A stretch of DNA of 33,270 nt, from the NCBI GenBank assembly GCA_016282815.1, contig JAEELU010000107.1, positions 1 to 33,270 of the forward strand, written 5' to 3'. The DNA comes from Acholeplasmatales bacterium. Its GTDB lineage: Bacteria; Bacillota_I; Bacilli_A; Acholeplasmatales; Anaeroplasmataceae. Within the stretch, counting starts at the first letter, position 1. The number at the start of each line of letters is the position of its first letter. Shown here in pieces: positions 1 through 9,588 of the stretch. The position numbers and the translations under genes were made by a program. Under the pieces are notes generated by a model. The model made no database searches and was not told the origin of the DNA. It saw nothing but the letters and a program-made list of their open reading frames with translations.

Positions 1-1465
1 AGTTCATGCAATTTGGGGTATCCAAGAGGCTGGATATGAGGCAATAATCATTAACTGTAATCCAGAGACAGTTTCAACAGATTATACAGTATCTGATAAG
101 CTATATTTCGAACCATTAACATTTGAGGATGTTATGAATGTAATTGACCACGAAAAGCCAGAGGGTGTTGTAGTAGCACTTGGTGGTCAAACAGCTATCA
201 ATTTAGCTGATAAGCTTGCAAAGCAAAATATTAAGATTTTTGGTACACAGGCTGATGCAATTGATGTTGCTGAGGATAGAAAGCTATTTGAGGAAGCAAT
301 GAATGAAATTGGTATTCCTATGCCAAAGGGCTTTGGTGTATTCTCAGTAGAGGAAGCAGTTAAGGCTGCAAATGAAATTGGATATCCAGTTTTAGTTAGA
401 CCATCATTTGTACTTGGTGGTAGAATGATGCATATCGTTTACGATGAGAAGGTATTAAAGGCTAAGGTTAAGGAAGCAGTAGCCTTTGATAATGAGCACC
501 CTATCCTAGTAGATAAATATGTATTTGGTCAGGAGTGCGAGGTAGATGCTATCTGTGATGGTGAGGATGTATTTATCCCTGGTATCATGGAGCACATCGA
601 GCGTACTGGTGTTCACTCAGGAGACTCAATGAGTGTATACCCTCCATATTCATTAAGTGAAAATGCAAAGAAGACAATAGTAGATTATACAAATAAAATT
701 GGTATTAAGCTAAAGATGATTGGTTTATTCAATATTCAATTTATCGTTGATAAGAATGATAATGTATCAATAATTGAGGTTAACCCAAGATCATCAAGAA
801 CTGTACCATTCCTAGCTAAATCAACTGATACACCTATCGCAAATATCGCAACAAAGGTAATGCTAGGTGCTAAACTTAAGGATTTAGGCTATGTTGGTTT
901 AGGTAAGACTCGTAAGAGATGGTATGTAAAAACTCCTACATTCTCATTTACAAAGCTTACTGGTCTAGATGTTGTATTAACACCAGAAATGAAATCTACA
1001 GGTGAAGCAATCGGTTATGATTATTCACTTAATAGAGCATTATATAAGTCATTAAAGGCATCTAATACAAGAGTTGCTAACTATGGTACAATTCTTGCAA
1101 CTATCGCAGATGCTGATAAGGATGCTGCTTTACCATTAATCAAGAGATTCTATAAGCTTGGATTTAATATTGAGGCTACTTCAGGAACAGCTAAATTCCT
1201 AAAGAAGAATGGTATTAAAACAAGAGCTAAGAAGAAGATTAGTGAGGGCAGTGAAGAAATATTAGATTCTATCCGTAAGGGATATGTTACATATGTAATT
1301 AATACCTCTACAGAGGGAATTAACCAAAATATCGATGGTAAGATAATAAGAAGAGCAGCTATTGATAATAACGTTACAGTATTCACATGTCTAGATACTG
1401 TAAAGGTACTTTTAGATGTATTAGAAGAAATAACAATGGGTATTTCTGTAATAGATAAGGAGTAG
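1..1465 (+). CDS. carB: Carbamoyl-phosphate synthase large subunit, C-terminal part (5'-truncated by the window)
   Basis: The frame is open from nt 2 (VHAIWGIQEAGYEAIIINCNPETVSTDY...), upstream of the track's ATG at 134. ATP-grasp motifs GYPVLVRPSFVLGGR, HIERTGVHSGDS, IEVNPRSSRTVPF and PEMKSTGE are present, with a C-terminal MGS domain. Confidence 0.98.
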   Translation, partial: VHAIWGIQEAGYEAIIINCNPETVSTDYTVSDKLYFEPLTFEDVMNVIDHEKPEGVVVALGGQTAINLADKLAKQNIKIFGTQADAIDVAEDRKLFEEAMNEIGIPMPKGFGVFSVEEAVKAANEIGYPVLVRPSFVLGGRMMHIVYDEKVLKAKVKEAVAFDNEHPILVDKYVFGQECEVDAICDGEDVFIPGIMEHIERTGVHSGDSMSVYPPYSLSENAKKTIVDYTNKIGIKLKMIGLFNIQFIVDKNDNVSIIEVNPRSSRTVPFLAKSTDTPIANIATKVMLGAKLKDLGYVGLGKTRKRWYVKTPTFSFTKLTGLDVVLTPEMKSTGEAIGYDYSLNRALYKSLKASNTRVANYGTILATIADADKDAALPLIKRFYKLGFNIEATSGTAKFLKKNGIKTRAKKKISEGSEEILDSIRKGYVTYVINTSTEGINQNIDGKIIRRAAIDNNVTVFTCLDTVKVLLDVLEEITMGISVIDKE

Positions 1466-1470
1466 ATAAG

Positions 1471-2199
1471 GTGAAGGACGTAGAGTTAGTAATAAAATCT
1501 AATAAAAAGGTATCAAAGGATATTTATTTAATGAGGCTAGAGGGCGATACTAGCGAGGTTAAAAATTGTGGTGAGTTTATTAATATTACTCTACCTAATC
1601 ATTATCTAAGAAGACCAATATCTGTATGTGATTATGGTACTGACCATATCGATATCCTATTTAAGATATTAGGTCATGGTACTAAGGATATGTCAGAATT
1701 TGAGGTTGGCAAGAAGCTTAAATGCTTAATCGGTTTAGGTAATGGCTATAATATCAAAACTGATATTAAGCCAGTATTAATTGCCGGTGGTATTGGTATC
1801 GCACCATTCCTATCAGTAATTAAAAAATATAATTCACTTGGAATTAAGCCAACTCTAGTATATGGTGCTAGAACAAAGGATGATTTAGTCGTATTAGATG
1901 AAATGAAGGAAATGGCCGATATTCATATGTGTACAGATGATGGCTCATATGGTATAAAGGGTAATGTAGTTGATTTAATTAAGCAGGAAAATATTAATGT
2001 AGAATATTACTACGCCTGTGGTCCTTATAGAATGCTTGAGGCTGTAGCTAAGGCATTTAATGAGGGTGAGGTATCATTAGAAGCACGTATGGGCTGTGGC
2101 TTTGGTGCTTGTATGGGTTGCTCAATTAAAACAACAAATGGTCCAAAAAGAGTATGTAAGGAAGGACCAGTATTTAAAGGAAAAGAGGTATTATGGTAA
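1471..2199 (+). CDS. pyrK: Dihydroorotate dehydrogenase B electron transfer subunit
   Basis: Motifs LRRPIS, AGGIGIAP, YACGP and the 2Fe-2S motif CGFGACMGC...C; GTG start; directly upstream of pyrD. Confidence 0.96.
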   Translation: MKDVELVIKSNKKVSKDIYLMRLEGDTSEVKNCGEFINITLPNHYLRRPISVCDYGTDHIDILFKILGHGTKDMSEFEVGKKLKCLIGLGNGYNIKTDIKPVLIAGGIGIAPFLSVIKKYNSLGIKPTLVYGARTKDDLVVLDEMKEMADIHMCTDDGSYGIKGNVVDLIKQENINVEYYYACGPYRMLEAVAKAFNEGEVSLEARMGCGFGACMGCSIKTTNGPKRVCKEGPVFKGKEVLW

Positions 2200-3107
2200 T
2201 GAATACTAAGATTAAATTTTTAGGTCATGAATTCAAAAATCCAATAATACCTGCTTCAGGCTGTTATGGCTTTGGATACGAATTTAGTGATTTATATGAT
2301 ATTAATATTTTAGGTAGTATTTCATTAAAGGGTACTACACTTGAGCCAAGATATGGTAATCCTTTACCTAGAATTGCTGAATGTCCTGCTGGATTAATTA
2401 ATTCAATTGGACTTCAAAATCCAGGTGTTGATAAGGTAATCAGTGAGGAAATACCAAAGCTAAGTAAGGTTTATGATGATTTAGTAATCGCTAATGTCGG
2501 TGGACATAGCGTTTATGAATATGTAGAAACAGTAAAAAAATTCAATAGCTGTGATAAGGTATTCGCTATTGAATTAAATATTTCATGCCCAAATGTAGAG
2601 GGTGGAGGAATGGCATTTGGTGTTGATCCAGACACTGCCTATAACCTTGTTAAAAAGGTAAAAAAGGTTGCAAAGAAGCCAATTATTGTAAAGCTATCAC
2701 CAAATGTAACTGACATTGTAGCGATGGCAAGAGCAGTTGAGGCAGCAGGTGCTGATGCTATAAGTTTAATCAATACTCTTGTTGGTATGAGAATATCTTT
2801 AAGAACTGGAGATCCTATTATTGCAGTTAAGAAGGGTGGATACTCAGGACCTGGTATTTTACCTGTTGCGATAAGAATGGTTTATGAGGTATCTCACAAT
2901 GTAAATATACCTGTAATTGGTATGGGTGGAGTAACTAATGCATACGAGGTATTAGAAATGATGTACGCGGGTGCATCACTTGTAATGATAGGTGCAGAGA
3001 ATTTAGTTAATCCATATGCTTGTAGAGATATCATTAATGATTTACCTAGCGCTATGAATGAATATCATATAGAAAATTTAGAGGACATAATAGGAAGGTG
3101 TAAATAA
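2199..3107 (+). CDS. pyrD: Dihydroorotate dehydrogenase family 1B catalytic subunit
   Basis: Motifs NSIGLQNPG, ELNISCPNV, VKLSPNVTDI, INTL and GGYSGP. The start is most likely the ATG at 2199 overlapping the pyrK stop (TAATG); the track starts at 2193. Confidence 0.97.
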   Translation: MNTKIKFLGHEFKNPIIPASGCYGFGYEFSDLYDINILGSISLKGTTLEPRYGNPLPRIAECPAGLINSIGLQNPGVDKVISEEIPKLSKVYDDLVIANVGGHSVYEYVETVKKFNSCDKVFAIELNISCPNVEGGGMAFGVDPDTAYNLVKKVKKVAKKPIIVKLSPNVTDIVAMARAVEAAGADAISLINTLVGMRISLRTGDPIIAVKKGGYSGPGILPVAIRMVYEVSHNVNIPVIGMGGVTNAYEVLEMMYAGASLVMIGAENLVNPYACRDIINDLPSAMNEYHIENLEDIIGRCK

Positions 3108-3802
3108 TGGAAAGAGATGTAATTATTGCTTGTGATTTCAAATCGAAGGAAGAATTGTACGAATTCCTAAAGCCATTTAAGGGTATGAATCCATACCTTA
3201 AGGTTGGTATGGAAATGTACTTTAAGGAAGGACCAGAGCTAGTAAGAGAATTAAAGAAGCAAGGCTTTAGAATTTTCTTAGATTTAAAGGCTCATGATAT
3301 TCCTAATACAGTTAAGGCTGCAATGGAAAAGCTTGGTGCCTTAGGTGTTGATATCACTAATGTTCACGCAGAAGGTGGAATCGAAATGATGAAGGCTGCT
3401 CGTGAAGGCTTAAATATGACTGAAAGTGGTAAGAAAACTAAGCTTATCGCTGTTACAGTATTAACATCAATTAACGATGATGTATTACATAATGAATTAT
3501 TAGTTGATAGTACAAAAACATCAGCTGATATCGTTAGAAAATATGCATTAAATGCTAAGGAAGCTGGTCTTGATGGTGTAGTATGTAGTGCACTTGAAGC
3601 ATCAATCATTAAAGAAATTGGCTTCATGTCAGTTACACCTGGTATTAGACTTGCAGGTGACTCTAAGGATGATCAAAAGAGAGTTGCAACACCAGCCTAT
3701 GCTAAGGAGCTAGGTGCATCTTATATCGTAGTTGGTAGAAGTATAACAAAGGCAGCTGACCCTGTAGCTGCATATAAGCAATGTGTAAAGGAGTTTTGTT
3801 AA
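3107..3802 (+). CDS. pyrF: Orotidine-5'-phosphate decarboxylase
   Basis: [13 protein letters not shown] (DxKxxD), VTPGIR, DDQKR and VVGRSIT; TAATG coupling to pyrD. Confidence 0.97.
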   Translation: MERDVIIACDFKSKEELYEFLKPFKGMNPYLKVGMEMYFKEGPELVRELKKQGFRIFLDLKAHDIPNTVKAAMEKLGALGVDITNVHAEGGIEMMKAAREGLNMTESGKKTKLIAVTVLTSINDDVLHNELLVDSTKTSADIVRKYALNAKEAGLDGVVCSALEASIIKEIGFMSVTPGIRLAGDSKDDQKRVATPAYAKELGASYIVVGRSITKAADPVAAYKQCVKEFC

Positions 3803-3803
3803 G

Positions 3804-4448
3804 ATGAACGAAAAGGAATTAGCCGTAGAGGTTGCTAAAAATTTATTAAAGATTAAGGCAGTATTTTTAAAGCCAAATGATCCATTTACTTGGGCATCTG
3901 GAATCAAGTCACCAATCTATTGTGATAATAGATTAACTCTATCTTATCCTGAGGTAAGAAAGGTAGTAGAAAATGGCTTAGCTGACACAATAAAGAAGTA
4001 TTATCCTGATGTAGAGGTTATCGAAGGAACATCTACAGCTGGTATCGCTCACGCAGCTATGGTTTCAGAGATTTTAGGCTTACCAATGGGCTATGTTAGA
4101 GGTGGCGCTAAGGACCATGGTAGAGGAAACCAAATCGAAGGTATCGTACCTGAAGGTAAGAAGGTTGTAGTAGTAGAGGATTTAATTTCTACAGGTGGAT
4201 CTTCACTTGAGGTAGTAGAGGTTTTAAGAGAAGCAGGTGCTAATGTACTTGGTATCGTATCTATCTTTACTTATGGCTTAACAAAGGGTATTGAAAGATT
4301 AAATGCAGCTAATTGTGAGAATCATTCAATTTCTAATTTTGAAACATTAGTTAAGGTTGCAGCTGACGAAAAATACATCAGTGAAGCCGATATTGCTAAG
4401 GTATTAAAGTTCCAAAAGAACCCTTCTGACCCATCTTGGATGGATTAA
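3804..4448 (+). CDS. pyrE: Orotate phosphoribosyltransferase
   Basis: [16 protein letters not shown] and the PRPP-binding motif [12 protein letters not shown]. Confidence 0.97.
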   Translation: MNEKELAVEVAKNLLKIKAVFLKPNDPFTWASGIKSPIYCDNRLTLSYPEVRKVVENGLADTIKKYYPDVEVIEGTSTAGIAHAAMVSEILGLPMGYVRGGAKDHGRGNQIEGIVPEGKKVVVVEDLISTGGSSLEVVEVLREAGANVLGIVSIFTYGLTKGIERLNAANCENHSISNFETLVKVAADEKYISEADIAKVLKFQKNPSDPSWMD

Positions 4449-4473
4449 TAAATATCATATTTATTACTTTTAT

Positions 4474-4507
4474 AAAAATGAGAGGTATCCTCTCATTTTT
4501 TCTATTT
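4474..4507 (+). terminator. Intrinsic (probably bidirectional) terminator of the pyr operon
   Basis: Perfect 12-bp stem AAAAATGAGAGG-TAT-CCTCTCATTTTT followed by T-rich sequence, 25 nt after the pyrE stop. Confidence 0.85.
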
Positions 4508-4512
4508 ATGGC

Positions 4513-4546
4513 TGTTATATTGATAACATATAACATATATGTTATA
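4513..4546. promoter_or_regulatory. Two adjacent palindromes built from ATAACA/TGTTAT half-sites (putative operator)
   Basis: TGTTAT-ATTG-ATAACA (4513-4528) covers the -35; the perfect 18-bp TATAACATATATGTTATA (4529-4546) covers the spacer and -10. Confidence 0.55.
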
Positions 4547-4548
4547 AT
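4520..4548 (+). promoter_or_regulatory. SigA-type promoter of the cyclase operon
   Basis: TTGATA (4520-4525), 17 bp spacer, TATAAT (4543-4548) with extended -10 TG at 4540-4541. Confidence 0.8.
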
Positions 4549-4590
4549 TTTAAAAAATTTGGGTTTATAGAAAAATTTTAGGGGAAAAGT

Positions 4591-6510
4591 ATGAAAAAGA
4601 AAATATTTCATTTTAGTATTAGGAGCTTAATTTTCACAATTGGCGCTGCAGTATTAACTTTAATATTATCGATCGTGTCTAATTTCTGGACTCCACTTGG
4701 TGGATTAGATAACAAAATAAACGATTCTATATTCCAGCATGAATCGCAAGCCACTAAGGAAATTTATATTGTAGGTATTGATGATGCAACAATAGAAAAG
4801 TATCATTCCTACAATGCGGTAGAGTATAGAAAATATTTCGCTGATATCTTAAACAATTGGGCAAGTAGAAATGCAATTCCAGCAGCTATAGGATTTGATA
4901 TTATCTTCAATAGCGCCTATGGTTGTGATGAGGTTGATGTTGAGCTTGCAAATGCTATTAGTAAGCACAACGTAGTATTAGGTGTTAATGGTATGTCAAG
5001 AACTGAAGCACCATACGGATTATCTAGTACTATCCAAAAATCAGCTAAAGCAATTGGATATGTTGATGCGATAACAGATAGCGATGAAGCAATAAGAAAA
5101 ACATATCTTAAGGGTGAAGGCTATGATAGCTTAGCCTACTCGATATATTCTATGTACTGCCAAAATACAGGACAAACCCCTAATGATTATATAAAAAGAA
5201 CAGCTTACTATTTTGATTACTTCGCTAGACCTGAATTAAATTATACAGGTGATGGTAAAGTTCAAAATGTAATGAGTGGATTTAATTACATATCACTTGC
5301 AGATTTAATAGAAGGAAACGTAAGGTCGATTAGAAATGCTAAAAATTCAATTGTAATATTTGGTTCATATGCCAGTGCAGTTGATACAGGCCTATCAAAC
5401 GATATATACAATTCACCAATCGGAGAGATGTTTGGTGTAGAGGTTCAATGTAATGTAATTCAATCATTAATGAATGATAGATTATATTTAGGAATTCCTA
5501 ATTATTTATACACGATTCTAAACGTAATAGTGATATTCATAATTGCCCTATCGATGACTTGCTTAGCATTCTATTTAGGTATAGCAGTATTTGGAGTTGG
5601 AATTGGAATTGAGTTTGTTATCCTTTTCATAGCTCACTCAGCCAAAACCTATTATTTCATTTCATTACCTATTTTGATTTTGATAGTTGCATTTGTATTA
5701 GTAATAGCAGATCACTACTATTCTGAATATAAGCACAAGAAGGAAGTAATTGGAACATTTAAAAGATATATCTCTCCTGATGTTGCAGAGGCCTTAGTTG
5801 ATAAGGATGAGGATGCAATGAGCTTAGGTGGAAGAAAAAGAAATGTTGCTTGTCTATTCGTAGATATTAGAGGATTTACAAAGATGAGTGAGGAACTTAC
5901 ACCAGAGGAGGTAGTAGATGTATTAAATGGCTACCTAGAGATGGCAACAAATCAGGTATTTAGGTTTGGTGGAATGGTAGATAAATTTATAGGTGACTGT
6001 GTTATGGCAATATTTAATGCCCCTGTAGATTTAGACGATTATGTATTCAAGGCTGTATGTTCAGCGTATGGAATAGTAAAAGAAGGAAAGGCAATTTGTG
6101 ACCAGGTTAAAGAAAAGTATAATAAAAAGCTTGAATTTGGTGTAGGTGTGCATTTCGGTGATGCGGTAATTGGAAATATCGGTTCTAAAACTAGAATGGA
6201 TTTTACCGCAATAGGTGATACGGTAAATACAGCATCTAGAATTGAAGCCTCAGCTGCAGGAGATCAGGTATTGATTTCTAAGGATGTATATGAGGTCATC
6301 AAGGATAGAGTAAAGGTAATTGATGCAGGCGACAGAATGTTTAAAAACAAGAAGGAGCCAATTACCTGCTATGAGGTAGTAGACATTATAGGCTATGATG
6401 AATTTCCAAAGGATGTCAAACATAAAGGAAAGATTGCTACATTAAATTTGGATAATTCTAAAAATAATGAAGCAATCAAACAAAACGAATCTGAAGCTAC
6501 TGAGTTATAA
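4591..6510 (+). CDS. CHASE2-domain membrane-bound class III adenylate cyclase
   Basis: N-terminal TM helix; CHASE2 motifs IYIVGIDD, IGFDIIF and GVEVQCNVIQSL; three further TM helices; cyclase motifs LFVDIRGFT, DKFIGDCVMA and DFTAIGDTVNTASRIE. The Lys and Thr specificity residues indicate ATP as substrate. Confidence 0.93.
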   Translation: MKKKIFHFSIRSLIFTIGAAVLTLILSIVSNFWTPLGGLDNKINDSIFQHESQATKEIYIVGIDDATIEKYHSYNAVEYRKYFADILNNWASRNAIPAAIGFDIIFNSAYGCDEVDVELANAISKHNVVLGVNGMSRTEAPYGLSSTIQKSAKAIGYVDAITDSDEAIRKTYLKGEGYDSLAYSIYSMYCQNTGQTPNDYIKRTAYYFDYFARPELNYTGDGKVQNVMSGFNYISLADLIEGNVRSIRNAKNSIVIFGSYASAVDTGLSNDIYNSPIGEMFGVEVQCNVIQSLMNDRLYLGIPNYLYTILNVIVIFIIALSMTCLAFYLGIAVFGVGIGIEFVILFIAHSAKTYYFISLPILILIVAFVLVIADHYYSEYKHKKEVIGTFKRYISPDVAEALVDKDEDAMSLGGRKRNVACLFVDIRGFTKMSEELTPEEVVDVLNGYLEMATNQVFRFGGMVDKFIGDCVMAIFNAPVDLDDYVFKAVCSAYGIVKEGKAICDQVKEKYNKKLEFGVGVHFGDAVIGNIGSKTRMDFTAIGDTVNTASRIEASAAGDQVLISKDVYEVIKDRVKVIDAGDRMFKNKKEPITCYEVVDIIGYDEFPKDVKHKGKIATLNLDNSKNNEAIKQNESEATEL

Positions 6511-6532
6511 AAGGATAATTAGGTGAACAAAT

Positions 6533-9500
6533 ATGGGAAAAAGGAAAATTAGATTTGCATTATTAATATCACTGTTGTTTGCATTTGTAATTGTGCTAAC
6601 ATCATGTAATGGTTTAGGTTCAAATAATCAAACATCTACAACAACAGGTGGTGGAGTTCAAACTACAACAGAGGTTCCTACAAGTACTACTCAAAAAGGA
6701 GATACTCCTACAACAACAAGTAGAGCTAATGTAGAACCAACAACTACAACAACAACTGAAGCAGAACCAAGCTCAAATCCAGTGCCAACAATAACTACAC
6801 AGCTTATTCAATCTGCAAGAACTATTAAGATTGTTCAGATTGAGGGAGAGGCTACTGTTACAGATGAATATGAAACATCTGAATGCTTTAGAGGTATGAA
6901 CCTTTACGATGGTGATAAAATCGAGGTTAAGGCTAATTCAGTATTAGTTATTAAATTCGATGAGGATAAATATGTTTATTTAGGTGAGAATACAACTATA
7001 AATCTAAAATCCGAGGGTGAAAACAAATATAAGACAAATGTATTTGTTACAAGCGGTAAGGTTTTAGCAGAAATTCAAAAGCCACTTGATCAGGATGAGG
7101 AATTCTTCCTATCATCAAATAACTCAGTCATGGCAGTTAGAGGTACAGTATTCGGTATCCAGGTTGCTAAGGTTGGAGCTGAAATAGTTCAAACATATTC
7201 AGTATATCGTGGTGTAACTGAGTTATACGTATTCGATAACAAGCTAGGTAACCTAGTTAGTGGTAAGCTTACTGATATCACAAACTCTAAATATGAAATC
7301 ACAATTCCAGAAGAAGATGTATTAGATGATGATGAGGAATATAACGAGATTGTAGATAACTGGTTAACTGATGTATCTAATGAATTCGAAAATGAAGAGG
7401 GAGCTAACCAAGAATTAAATGAGGTTGAAATCACAGTTGGTACTCCATCTGAATCAGATTATCAGGAAATAATTGATACAATCGGTGATAACACTGATAC
7501 ACCTGTCACATATTCAAATATTGTTTATAATGCAGATGGATATTATGGTCAATATGATGGCTTAGCTCATTCAATAACAATTAATGTTGAAACTGAGGGT
7601 GCAAAAATTCAATATAAGACATCAGTAGATGGTGAATACACAGATGAATTACCTGAATTTACAACTCCTGGATATTATAGAACATATTACAAGATTACTT
7701 GTGATGGATATTATGATAAGGAAGATTATGGTATCGTTCAAATCTCTAAGGCTGATTTAACAATTGAATATAAGGACAATATTACAATACCTGGTTTAGT
7801 TGCTGGTATGGATATCAATACAGCACTTGGCAAAATTAACTTATCTGACTTTATTGAAATCAATGGTGCTACAGCAGATAGCGAAGAATTAGCTAATTCT
7901 ACATTTGATGCTAATGGTAATCTAGAGATGGGTACAGCAACATATGAATTAAATGTTGTAATACCTGATAGCATTAGTGAGTATTATAATCCTGCTAAGG
8001 CTGAAATAAGCTTAACATCATATGAGGTAAAGCTAGTTGACACAGATTCGATTAATGATGGTTATTTAAATATTGATGGAATATCATCATTCAATAAATA
8101 TAATGGTGTTTTAGCAGATGACCTATTCGGTAATGCAATATTCACAGTAGGTAATTCTGAATTATATTATGATGATGTAACATTTAATTATGATTATAAG
8201 ACTGAAGGCTATTTTGAGCTTAAGGATGGTAAAAACACAGTTAATGTTGTAATAGATTGTGGTGATTATGAAATTAATACAGAGGTTTATTTCACTTATT
8301 ACGATTCTAGAACTATATTTGAATTAACAATTACAGTTGATGATATATTAGTTTCTGCATTAGGTGATGATTGTTATTATTACAATACATCTAATCTAAC
8401 AGCAACTGATGGTAAATATCAAATTAGTACAGCTACTTTAGCTACAAATTTTGGTATTTCTACATTTAGTGGATATATGAATCTACCAACTGATGTAGTA
8501 GATGCTAATTCAACTAATTATACAGTAAGCAGTAGTAATTTGTTGGAATTTGAAGATGGCGTTATGGCTGATATAGAATTTGTAGTATTCCCTGATGACA
8601 CTACTAGTGGTGTTAGAAAAATAATAAGTGTTTATTTCTCTCAAACACCTCCAAGTAATTTCCCAACATATTCTCTAGAGAATAATTTAACATATTATCC
8701 AGGTACAATTTTTGATTTTGTAATATCTGAAAGTCCAGTACAATATTCACTTGATGGTATCACATATCAAGATGAATTATCAGTAGATGAGCTTGGTGAA
8801 GTTGATATTTATTTTAAAGTGGGAACTACAATCGTAACAAAGGGTAAGTCAACTGTATTAATTACTACTGGTGGTATCACAACTGATGCCTTGAATATGA
8901 TTTCTGATAATATTAGTTTATTATCAAATGATGGTAGAACTCTAACTTATATTTATTATGCTGGTGGAGAAGCAAATAATGAAACTATGTTATTGACATC
9001 ATCTGATGGTTCAACTATTTCTCCAACTATTGATACATACAACATTTATACAGGTATCGTTAAAAATGCTAAATATTATAATAATTTGACTAATGAGGAA
9101 ATGACAGTCGATGTTTCTGTTACTCCTATGCAAAATGGTGTTGCAGATTTCGATTATGAGGTCACTGCTGAAGGCTTTGTTCCTTTGACAGGAAGTGTTC
9201 ATTTCGTATATCCATATGAGGCACAAATATATGATGGAACAGGACCTAAACCTGAACCAGGTGGATCCTTAACTGAAAATGTCAATTCAATTCATTTATC
9301 AGTTGTTAACCCAATTGATAGAACGGTAAGCTTATCTGATGTAGATAGAGTTTATGCATCAAGAATAGTATACTCAACTGAAGATATGGATGCAGATTAT
9401 ACTGTTTTATATTCTATAGATGAGGGTGCAACTTGGACTGAGGAAACTCCAGTATTCACTCAAGCTGGAGAATATAAGGTTTATATTATTTATACAACTA

Positions 9501-9577
9501 CATATGAATCTGAAAGTGCAATTATTACAAGTGATTTAACAATTGTTGCAGTTCAAAATATAACTATTACAGAGTAG
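6533..9577 (+). CDS. FecR-domain surface lipoprotein with Thr-rich stalk and beta-rich (MBG/Ig-like) repeats
   Basis: Signal peptide with lipobox LTSC; Thr-rich linker; FecR-like segment (IEGEATV...GMNLYDGDKIEV...LGENT...GKV...MAVRGTVF, ~6815-7240); YDG..HSI...PEFTTPGYYRTYY-type modules; AGGTGA SD. Confidence 0.75.
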   Translation: MGKRKIRFALLISLLFAFVIVLTSCNGLGSNNQTSTTTGGGVQTTTEVPTSTTQKGDTPTTTSRANVEPTTTTTTEAEPSSNPVPTITTQLIQSARTIKIVQIEGEATVTDEYETSECFRGMNLYDGDKIEVKANSVLVIKFDEDKYVYLGENTTINLKSEGENKYKTNVFVTSGKVLAEIQKPLDQDEEFFLSSNNSVMAVRGTVFGIQVAKVGAEIVQTYSVYRGVTELYVFDNKLGNLVSGKLTDITNSKYEITIPEEDVLDDDEEYNEIVDNWLTDVSNEFENEEGANQELNEVEITVGTPSESDYQEIIDTIGDNTDTPVTYSNIVYNADGYYGQYDGLAHSITINVETEGAKIQYKTSVDGEYTDELPEFTTPGYYRTYYKITCDGYYDKEDYGIVQISKADLTIEYKDNITIPGLVAGMDINTALGKINLSDFIEINGATADSEELANSTFDANGNLEMGTATYELNVVIPDSISEYYNPAKAEISLTSYEVKLVDTDSINDGYLNIDGISSFNKYNGVLADDLFGNAIFTVGNSELYYDDVTFNYDYKTEGYFELKDGKNTVNVVIDCGDYEINTEVYFTYYDSRTIFELTITVDDILVSALGDDCYYYNTSNLTATDGKYQISTATLATNFGISTFSGYMNLPTDVVDANSTNYTVSSSNLLEFEDGVMADIEFVVFPDDTTSGVRKIISVYFSQTPPSNFPTYSLENNLTYYPGTIFDFVISESPVQYSLDGITYQDELSVDELGEVDIYFKVGTTIVTKGKSTVLITTGGITTDALNMISDNISLLSNDGRTLTYIYYAGGEANNETMLLTSSDGSTISPTIDTYNIYTGIVKNAKYYNNLTNEEMTVDVSVTPMQNGVADFDYEVTAEGFVPLTGSVHFVYPYEAQIYDGTGPKPEPGGSLTENVNSIHLSVVNPIDRTVSLSDVDRVYASRIVYSTEDMDADYTVLYSIDEGATWTEETPVFTQAGEYKVYIIYTTTYESESAIITSDLTIVAVQNITITE

Positions 9578-9588
9578 GAGGCTAAAGC

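Noticed and set aside
4591-6510. Cyclase as an anti-phage (Pycsar/CBASS-type) nucleotide cyclase
   Set aside because: It has a CHASE2 sensor with TM helices and purine-type specificity residues, and no cNMP-binding TIR or TM effector is adjacent.
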